Both the position numbers and the translations under genes were made by a program. From IMG/VR virus record IMGVR_UViG_3300025288_000065, positions 1 through 32,348 of that record: a stretch of DNA of 32,348 nucleotides. The stretch is one strand, 5' to 3'. Each line of letters begins with the position of its first letter. The first letter of the stretch is position 1. This DNA is from a virus. Its lineage: Duplodnaviria; Caudoviricetes. Under the pieces are notes generated by a model. The model saw nothing but the letters and a program-made list of their open reading frames with translations, made no database searches and was not told where the DNA came from. Positions 17,283 to 27,300 of the stretch are shown here, piece after piece.

Positions 17283-18346
17283 TGGCCTCCGGGTTCGCCT
17301 ACGCGCTGGCCGGCGGCGTCAAGGGCTTTGGCGAAGGGCTTGTGGCGCAGGCTCAGGCCGAGCGCGAGGCCAGCCGCGAACGCATCCGCATGATGTTCCA
17401 GCGGGAGGAGCGCGTCGCCGGGCAGGAGTTCACGCTGGAGCGGGACGATGCCGGGCGCGAGTTCACCACATCGGAGCGCGAGGCGTCTCAGGGATTCCAG
17501 GCCGCCGAGAACGCCCGGACCCGCGCGGCCGCGGCATCTCGGGAGACCAAGGGCGACACCGACAAGGGCGAACTCATCACGATGGAAGACGGGACGCTTG
17601 GGGTTCGCCGCGGCGACAAGGTTACGCCGGTCACGGGGCCGGATGACAAGCCGGTCAAGGGTGCGGCGAAGGACACCTCGCACGCTTCTCGCGCCAGCGT
17701 GTTCAAGACCATGCTGGAGTCGATCAAGTCGTCGGATTCTGGCTTCGATATGTCCCCCGAGGAGCAGGCGGCGGAGGCCCAGCGTCTCACCGATCAGTTC
17801 TTCATGCCTTCCGGACGACAGGGCGGCGGAGCGGTCGCGCCCGTTCCGGGGCTCGTGCCGGACGCGCCGGCGGATGAAGGCGAAGTCGGCTCCGAATATC
17901 GCGGTCGCCCGGTGTTCCGCACCGAAGCCGAGGCGACGGATTTTGCGAAGAAGAACCCCGGTCAGACCTTCTACGGGATCGGCAAGGACGGGGAGCCGCG
18001 GCTTCTCCGCGCGCCCGACAAGGCGGCCCCCGCGTCGTCCGCTCCATCGCCGAAGTCGGGGCTGGAGCCCGAGCCGGCCCGCCCCCCCGAAACCGCCCCG
18101 TCCGGACCTCCACCGCGTTCCATCGCCGACGCCATGAGGCGATTCGACGCCACGGTTCCGCCGCCGGCTCCCGCGCCGCCGGGCGATCCGGTCGAGATTT
18201 CCGTCGAGGCCATGGGCGGCCCGCGGTTCTTCCTCGCCGGCGGCGGGGAAGTCCGACGGAAGGCCGCTCCGGCGCTTGAAGGGTTGGCCCGCGACCTCGG
18301 CATCAGTCCGGATGAGCTTGTCCGACGCATCCGGAGTATGATGTGA
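17282..18346 (+). CDS. Probable ejection protein
   Basis: FAYALAGGVKGFGEGL N-terminus, charged coiled coil, Pro-rich C-terminal region; overlaps the giant gene start. Confidence 0.6.
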   Translation: MASGFAYALAGGVKGFGEGLVAQAQAEREASRERIRMMFQREERVAGQEFTLERDDAGREFTTSEREASQGFQAAENARTRAAAASRETKGDTDKGELITMEDGTLGVRRGDKVTPVTGPDDKPVKGAAKDTSHASRASVFKTMLESIKSSDSGFDMSPEEQAAEAQRLTDQFFMPSGRQGGGAVAPVPGLVPDAPADEGEVGSEYRGRPVFRTEAEATDFAKKNPGQTFYGIGKDGEPRLLRAPDKAAPASSAPSPKSGLEPEPARPPETAPSGPPPRSIADAMRRFDATVPPPAPAPPGDPVEISVEAMGGPRFFLAGGGEVRRKAAPALEGLARDLGISPDELVRRIRSMM

Positions 18347-21300
18347 GCAACTGGCTCGAAAAGTTCCAGCCCGCCGAAGAGCCGGACTGGACGGCGAATT
18401 TCGAGTTCGCGCCGGAGATCGCCACGCCCGACGAGCGGGGATGGTGGCTGCGCAACGTCCTCGACCCCGCCGGCCGCGGCTATCAGCGGCTTGAGCAGGC
18501 GGCGAACGTGGCCGGGCTCCAGACGGGCTACTACACTCCCAAGGAAGCCGCCGAACGGCTCATCGCCAACGAGGCCGACCTTCAGGACTATCCGCTCGAC
18601 GCGGCGGATCAGGACGGACTCCGCGCGATCACCGAGGCCCCAGACTTCTGGACGGCCGTGAAGGCGGTCATCGCCAACCCCGGAGCGGCGGCCAACGTCT
18701 TCATGGAAAGCCTGCCGATGATGGGGCCGACGATTGTCGGCGGCGCCGCGGGCAGCGTCGCGGGCGCGACCGCCGGGCCGGTGGGGGCTATGGCCGGCGC
18801 GGGCATCGGCTCCGGGGCTGGATCATTCATGGTCGAATACGGGTTGTCGTTCACCGACGCGCTTCGGGACAAGGGCGTCCCCGTGACGCGGGAGGCGCTG
18901 GCCGCGGCCTTCTCCGATCCTGCAATGGTGGCCGCGGCGCAGGAGTTCGCGCTGGAGAGGGGCGTCCCGATTGCGGCGTTCGATGCTCTGTCCTTCGGTG
19001 TCGCAGGGCGCATCTCCGGCCCGGTCAGCCGGGCGGTCGGCGGCGGGCGCCGTGGTGCTGCGGCCGGCGCCACGGCGGAGCTTTCGTCGCAGGCGGCCAT
19101 GGGAAGCGGCGGCGAGGCGACGGCGCAGATCGCTTCGGAGGGCCGCATCACAAGCTCCGGCGATGTCATGCTGGAAGGAATGCTCGAACTTCCCGGCGCG
19201 GCCATCGAGATTCCGGCGGCCGTGCTTTCTCGTCCGGCGGCGCAGCCCGGCGCGCAGCCTGCTGCGACACCTCGGCCAGCGGTAAGGCAGGCGGCTCCCG
19301 CCGTTTTCACGCCGGTTGAGCCCGGCACGCTCGCGCCCAACCCGCAGGACACCGCCGCGTCCCCCGCCACCTCCGGCTCCTTCACCGCGCCCCCGGAAGC
19401 CTCCATCCTCCTCGCCGCCGGAGACGCGCCGGAGGACATCATGGCGATGAGCCCCTCGGAGCGCGCCGCGGCGGCTCAGGAGGCGCTCGATCTCGGCGTC
19501 ACGCCCCTTTCCGAGGCGGAAACCACGTCCGCGATGCAGCCCGTCGTCGCCGCCTACGACGCGGAACGCCCGGACAGCCCCCGGATCACACCCGATGACC
19601 GCGCGAGCCCGATCCCCACGGCGCTGATCGACGACGGCAAGGCCGAGATCGACCGGCTGATCGGATCGCTCGATCCAAGGAACGCGCCCGTCGTCCCCGC
19701 CGCCCCGTTCCCCTTCGCCCCGGGAGGCGCTCCGCAGGCCCGGAGCCTCTTCGACAAGCGCCAGGCGGAATTGCAGGCCGAGCGGGACGCGCAGGTCAGT
19801 CAGGCCATCGCCAACCGCGCGCCGGGGACGTTCCCGCAGGCCCCGGCCCGCCCGCTGGAGCCGATGACGCCGGAGCGTCAGGCCGAGATGGCGCGCATGG
19901 CGGATGAGCGCGAGCGTCAGGCCCGTGCGGAGCGCGCGCAGGCCGCCGTCGCCAGCGCGCAGCCCGGCCGGTTCCCGAACCAGCCGGCGACGCCGCTGCG
20001 CCCGGCGACGGGCTTCGGGGCGGTCATGGCGCCGTCTCCCGAAGAGATAGAGGCCGCGCGCGCGGAGGTGAACACCGAGCCGACGCAGGGACAGGCCGCC
20101 GCGGGGAATTACAAGAAAGCCCACGTCAATGTTCAGGGCCTCGACATCTCCATCGAGAACCCGAAGGGCAGCGTGCGGACCAACAAGGATCCGAACGGGC
20201 CGAAGTGGTCCGTCGAGATGCCGGCGGATTACGGCTACATCCGCCGCACCGAGGGCGCGGACGGCGACAAGCTGGACGTCTACCTCGGCGAGATGCCCGA
20301 CAGCGATCTCGTCGTGATCGTCAATCAGGTGGACCCGGAAACCGGGGCCTTCGACGCGCACAAGGTCATTCTCGGCACGGGTTCCGCAGCCTCCGCGCTC
20401 GGCCTCTACGAAAAAGCCTTCTCGGACGGCAGGGGCCGCCAGCGCATCGGCTCGCACACCGTCACCACCATGGCGGGCTTCAAGGCGTGGCTGAAGGAAG
20501 GCGATCTCTCCGGCCCGACGCAGCCGATCCAGACGCGGGAGCCTGCGACACCTGAAGCCGCTCCGGCCAAGCCGAAGACGAAGAAGCAGGAACTGGCCGC
20601 GCAGTTCGCTCCAGGCGAAGGCGTGAACGTGTTCTCCGGGAGCGGCCAGCAGTCCGGGACAATCGCTCGCATCGAGGACGACGGCGCCGTCATCGTGAAC
20701 GTGACGCCGCGCCCCGGCGGCTACCGCGGCGAGATCAGGGTTCATCCCGAGGATGTCTCGAAGGCCCAACCAGACGAACCGGCCGCCGGCGGCGAGATCG
20801 TGATGGAGCCCGAGTTCTGGGAGGGCGTTCCGAAGAAGGATCGCCCCGGAGGCCGCCGCAACATCATCGTCGATGGTGGTAATGTTCAGGTGAACTACGG
20901 GGACTTCGGAACGTCCGTGTGGCTTATCCCGGACGGGGCGCAAGAACCAGTGGTGATCGCCGCCCCGCAGCGCGGGCGCACCGAGGCCGAGATCAAGGCG
21001 CTCATCGCGAGCGCAGGGCGGAAACCGCAAGAAGGTAACACCCCGGCCGAGTCCGGCGCCAAAACTGACGAAACTGACAAAACCCCCTCCTCTACCCCCC
21101 CTTCTGCGCGCCCGTCTCCGTTTCGCGGCGAGCCGTCCAGCCGCCGCGCGAAGGTCATCACGCCGGACGGGATCGAGGTCGATGTCGCCTATGAGGTTGT
21201 GGACGCGCGCGCGCTCTATCGGGCGCAGGACCGCGACCAGCCGCGCGACCGGACGAAGAAAGAGAGCGAGGAGCAGATCGCCGGCATCGCGCAGAAACTG

Positions 21301-24300
21301 GACCCGCTCCAGCTTCTCCCCGCGCGCCAAGCCGGATCCGGCGCCCCGATCGTCGGGCCGAATGGCGTCATCGAAAGCGGGAACGGGCGCACGACGGCGC
21401 TGATCCGCGTCGCAGAGAGCAATCCGGAAGCCTTCCAGCGGTATCTCGACGCCATGCGCGCCGAGGGCTTCGACGTTGACGGGCTTCCCGATGGCGCTGT
21501 CCCTATCGTCGTCGGCCGCCGCACGACCGAACTGGACGAGGGTGGGCGCCGGGCGTGGGTGAAGGGCGCCAACATGCCCGTCGTGGCGTCCATGAGCGCG
21601 ACGGAGAAGGCGCAGGCCGACACGGACGCGCTGACGCCGGAGACGCTGAACCTCTATCGCCCCGAGGCTGGGTTCACCTCCGCCGCGAACGCCCCGTTCA
21701 TCAACGCTTTCCTCTCGAAATTGCCTCAGACCGAGCGGAACGCCCTCACGACGGACGGGATCATCAACGCGGACGGCATCCGTCGCGTCCGCCAGGCGAT
21801 CTTTGCCCGCGCCTACGGCGATCGGGACATCGTTGCGCGCGTCGCCGAGGGAAATTCCGATACCGCGCAGGCGATCCTCAACGTCCTCGTCGATTTCGCG
21901 CCCGAATGGGCCGCGTTCCGGGCCGAGGTGGAGGCCGGGACGATCCGCCCGGAGTTCGACATCACGTCGCACATCCTCGGCGCGCTGCGGCTCATCACCA
22001 AGGCCCGCGAGGACGCCAAATCGCAGGCCCGCCCGGTCTCGACCGTGCTCCGCGAGGCGGTCGCGCAGGATGACATCTTCGGCGGCTCGACCCCGGCGGA
22101 GACCGTCGCTGTGGTCAGGATGCTCCACGCCGACGAGGAATTGTCCCGCGCCATCGGAAAAGATCGCATCGCCGAGCGCCTTTCCTATATGCTGGAGGAG
22201 TTCCGTTCCGCCGGCTCTGCCGCTCCGGGGCTGTTCGGCAGCGAAACCAACGTCAGGCCCGAGGAGGCGATCCGTGCAGCGAACCGAAAAGGCCAAACCG
22301 AAGACCTCTTCGCCGGAGGTGGTGAGCCTGATCGCCCGCGCGATCCGCAAGGAGAGCCAGGACGCGAAGGATCCGGCGGGCGTCCGGATGGCGCAGCGAA
22401 TGAGCCTGGCCGCGATGAAGGCCCGCGCGAAGGGCTAACCGGCCCGACCATCGAGCCCCGCTCCGAAAAATCCATCATCGTGCGCGGCGTCTCGGAAGCC
22501 GATGGCGCGCGCGTGTTCGCTGGCGTGAAGGGCGCGCTTTGGAACGTCGGCGAGGGCGGCTGGGTCTTCTCCAAGAAGCGCGAGGGCGAGGTTCGCGCGG
22601 CGCTTGATGCGCAGGAGCCCGGCCCCGATGTGGCTGGGCTTGAGGCGGCGATTGCGGGCGTCGGGGCGAAGCCGCCCGCCGCGCTCAGGGCCGACCTTAA
22701 AAAGCGGATCAGCGCCGGCGCGACATTGGAGGAGATGCGCGCGCACCCTGCCGTCGCGGAGGCCCTTCGGAGAAGCGCAGCGGTCCAGCCCACGCACGAG
22801 CGCGAAGGATACGGCACTGAGGCATGGTGGCGCGATCGGGAGTTCACCTTCCCGGACGGCGAGGTGATCGTCGGGGTGGAGAAAGCCAAGGAGAAAATAG
22901 CCGACGACTTCCTGACGCTTGCATGGCGCGAGATGGATCTGGAGCCTGAGCCGGTCCTCCGAAACCGTGAGGCTGTTATCCTCCTCGGCCCGCCCGCCGC
23001 CGGCAAGAGCACCATCGCCAACAAGATCGCGGTCTCAATGAAGGCCGCAATCATTGACAGCGACGAGATCAAAAAACTCCTCCCGGAATTTGGTGGCGGC
23101 GCGGCGGCGAATGCGGTTCACGAGGAAAGCGCAGACATCACCAAGGATGTCGAGGCCACGATGACGGCTGACGGCGCCAACATCGTCTACCCGAAGGTGG
23201 GCGATTCGGTCGGCAGTATCCAGAAACTGACCGAACGGCTGCGCGCGGCGGGGTATTCCGTCCGTCTCGTGAACATGAAGGTCAGCGCGGCGGTGGCGGA
23301 GCGCCGCATGTTCGGGCGGTTTGTGAGTTCTGGCCGCCTGATCCCCTTTGACTATATCGCCGCAGTCGGGGAGAAGCCGACAGAGACCTATGGAAAACTG
23401 AAGCAGAGCCCGCTATATGATGGGTATGGGGAGATCAACAATGAGCAACCCTTCGGGCAAGAGCCCACCATCACAGAAATCGCCGGCCGAGTTGGGACGC
23501 TACCTGGCGTCCGAGTATCACCGGATCGAGAACGACGAGAGGACGCCGGAGGAGAAGGGGCTACACCTCCCTCCGATGAGGGAGGAGGCCCGCGCGCGCC
23601 TTTGGGCCAAGAACGAGGCCCGCGGCCGGAAGTAACGCCCCCGCCGCGCGCGGATAACGTCTCACTCCTTTCCACGGAAGAACAGGACCGCCTTGCGGCC
23701 CTGCGCGATCAGTTCCGCCGCAAGCTACGCTCCGGCAACCAGCTAAACGCCGGGCTCGATCCGGAACTCGTCTCGATCGCCGCGGAGATGGCGGGCATCT
23801 ACATCAAGGCCGGCGCCCGGAAGTTCCGCGATCTCGTGCGCGCGATGGTCGAAGACCTCGGGATGACCTTCGATCAGGTCCAGCCCTATGCGCGCAACGC
23901 CTACAATCAGGTCCGCGGCGACATGGATCTCGCCGGCGAGAGCGTCGACGGCATGGACAGCGACGCCGATGTAATCGCCCAGATCAAGGCCATGCGCGCC
24001 GGCTCCAAGCCTGACGATGCGCCCGCCCCGGCGGTGGACACCGCTGCGGAGGACTCGCGCCCCGTGCGCGCCGCCAAGGTGATCCGCGAACGGCTCTTGC
24101 CGCGGGACAGGTTCAGCAATCAGGATCTCATGCAGGCGCTTGAGGGCGTCTTCGGCGGCACGGTCGGCGAGGGCGCATTCAATGCGCAGGACGCCTACAA
24201 CGCGCTTGAGCTCGCGCTGAACATGCGGATCGCCGAGAACCCTGGCAGCTTCACCCAGCCAGGCGGGGCATTCACGCCTGTCGCGACGGTGGATCAGGCC

Positions 24301-27300
24301 GTGGCGGCTGCGCAGTCTCTCACGAACATGCTCGACAGGGTTCCGACGCAGACGCGCCGCGACGGCGAGCAGATCGCGTTCCAGCAGTTCTCTACGCCGC
24401 CGGCCTACGCCTACGCGGTCAACTGGATCGCCGGCGTTCGCGAGGGCGATCGCGTGCTTGAGCCATCTGCGGGCAATGGTGGGATCGCCGTCTTCGCGCT
24501 CAACGCCGGCGCCGAGGTTCACGTCAACGAGATTTCGGAGCGGCGGCTCCCGTCTCTCCGCGCGCTGGGGTTCCAGCGCGTGACCGCGGAGAACGCCGAG
24601 CAGATCGCCAACGTCTTCGCCGGAGATCCGGAATACGACGTGATCGTGATGAACCCGCCGTTCTCTGCGTCGGGCACGCGCGGCGGATCGAATACCTCGG
24701 CGACCGGGGGCCGGCACATCGAGCAGGCTCTGGCGCGGCTTCGCCCTGGCGGGCGGCTTGTCGCCATCATGGGGCACACTTTCACCCCGTCGAACGGCAG
24801 GGTTCGTGACTTCTTCGACCGCGTGGGGCGGGAAAACAGCGTCAGGGCGCTCGTCACGGTTGATGGCGATAGCGTCTATCGCAAATATGGGACAGGCTAC
24901 GACAGCGTTGTCTTGGTCATCGACAAGACGCCCCCGACCGGCGTCGAGATGATGACCGGCAAGGCGGAGAGCGTTCCGGCGCTGATCCGCATGATGGAGG
25001 GCGTCGCGAATGAAGTCCGAGGACCACGCGCAGATACAGGCGGATCGCCTGATGCGGCAGGCGGATCACAAGGCGGCAATGCAGGTGGCGGCCGTCCTGA
25101 TGGAAACGAACGATCTCCCGAGCGCGAGCCCGCTCCTGAACCTGATCCACTTCGCGGCCCAGGACGGGATGACGCCGGGGCAGGAGGGCGAGGCGGTGGC
25201 TCTCAGCGCCCATCTGGACGGCCTGGAGCGTCGGGAGGGGGTCGAGGCGGCGGTTCGCGATCTGGCTCGTCGGGCCGGTCTCGTTCCTCTTCGTCTCCTA
25301 AAGGGGGAAAGCCCCGCGACAATAGCGTCAGCGGTGACGGGCCACGTTCTCCAGCGGATTTCGGAGAAGTCCAACAGCTAGTCGTCGTCGACGCAGAGAC
25401 GGGGACGCCGCTCGAGACGGACACCGGAACATTCGCAAGCTATCGACCGTCCCGCGTGACCGTGGAGGGGGCGCCGAAGCATCCGGCGAAACTGGTCGAG
25501 GCGAGCGCGATGGCTTCCGTCCGCAGCCCACGCCCCGCGTATCGCCCGCAGCTGCCGAAAGCCATGCTCGATGCGGGGCACATTTCCGAGCCTTCGCTGG
25601 AGCAGGTCGTCTATGCAGGCGAAGCTCATTCGCAAATGCTACCGGATCAAGACAAGACCGGGCGCAAGGTCCGGCGAGGATATTTCATCGGCGACGGGAC
25701 CGGCGTCGGAAAGACGCGGCAGATCGCCGGGATCATCATGGACAACTGGACGCGCGGGCGCCGCAAGGCCGTTCTCCTCTCGAAGGACAAGAGCCTCCAG
25801 AAGGATGCGCGCGCGGAGTTCGACGCGATCGGTATGGGCGCGATCCCCATCGCAGACCTTGGAAAGGTGGCGAAGCCGAACGAGAAGATCGAGGCCGGTG
25901 ATGGCGTGATGTTCACCACATACTCGACAATCGGGCGGGCGACGGCGCCGGGCGAGAAGTCTCGCGTCCAGCAGATCGTGGAATGGCTGGGCGCAGACTT
26001 CGACGGGCTGATCGTCTTCGACGAAGCGCACAGCATGGCGAATGCCCTGCCGATCAAGAAGAAGCGCGGGTTTACCCAGCCGTCGCTTCAGGCGCTCCAA
26101 GGGCTAGAGTTGCAGAGGAGGCTGCCGAACGCGCGCATCGTCTACGCATCCGCGACCGGCGCGACCGAAGTGACCAATCTCGCCTATGCCGAGCGGCTCG
26201 GATTGTGGGGCGAGGGCACCGAGTTCGACAACGTGCAGGATTTCGTCACGCAGATCGAAAGCGGCGGCCTGGCGGCGATGGAAGTCGTGGCGCGGGACAT
26301 GAAGCAGATGGGGCTCTACCTCGCGCGAACGATCAGCTTCGAAGGGGTGGAGTATGATCGCGTCACGCAGGAACTGACGCCCGATCAGCGCGATATGTAT
26401 GACATCGCGGCGAAAGCCTGGCAGGGCGTGCTCAGGAATATCAACGAGGTCATCGGCGTCGGCGACAGCAAGGACAGCGCGCCGGGCAAGGGCGACAAGA
26501 GCCTGAAGGCCGCGGCATTGGCTCAATTCTGGGGAACGCATCAGCGGTTTTTCAATCAGGTTCTGACCGCGATGCAGGTGCCGGCGATGTTTCAGCAGAT
26601 GGACGCAGACCTCGCCGATGGGCTCGCTCCCGTCATTCAGATGATCTCGACGAACGAAGCGGCCACGACGCGCGCGATCAGCGGCCTCACCGATGAGGAT
26701 ACGGTCGAGGACATCGACATCACGCCGACCCAGATGCTCATGGACTACGTTCAGACGAGTTTCCCGATCTACGAATACGAGATCGTCACGGACGACCAAG
26801 GAAAGAAGAGCACGCAGGTCGCGAAAGATAGCAAGGGCAACCCGATCATCGGTCAGGCCGCGGTTGCGAAAAGGGACTCGCTGCTTGCCGAGCTTTCAAC
26901 GATCCGCCTGCCGGGCAACCCGCTCGACATGATTATTGAAAGGTATGGGGTCGACCGGGTGGCCGAGGTGACGGGCCGGAGTTCCCGCATTGTCACCAGG
27001 AACAAGAAGCGCGTCGTCGAGAAGTGGTCCAAGGTCAAGGGCAAAGCAGACGCCAATGCGTTCCAAGACGGCAAGCGCGATGTGCTGGTCTTCAGCCAGG
27101 CCGGCGGCACCGGGGCCAGCTATCACGCTGACCGTCGCGCGAAAAACCAGAAGCGGCGAGCGCATTACGTCCTTCAGGCCGGCTGGCGTGCCGACGTCGC
27201 CATGCAGGGTCTTGGCCGCTCGCACCGCTCCAATCAGGTGACGCCGCCGATCTATCGCCTTGTGAGTACGGATAGCGCCGGCTCCCGCCGCTTCGTGGCG

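Noticed and set aside
18823-22350. 1175-aa minus-strand ORF (also 5334-7256, 7380-9443, 28207-30507, 30829-32091)
   Set aside because: Antisense shadows of genes with strong G/C third-position bias; R/G/L/V-rich, no motifs, no convincing start signals.
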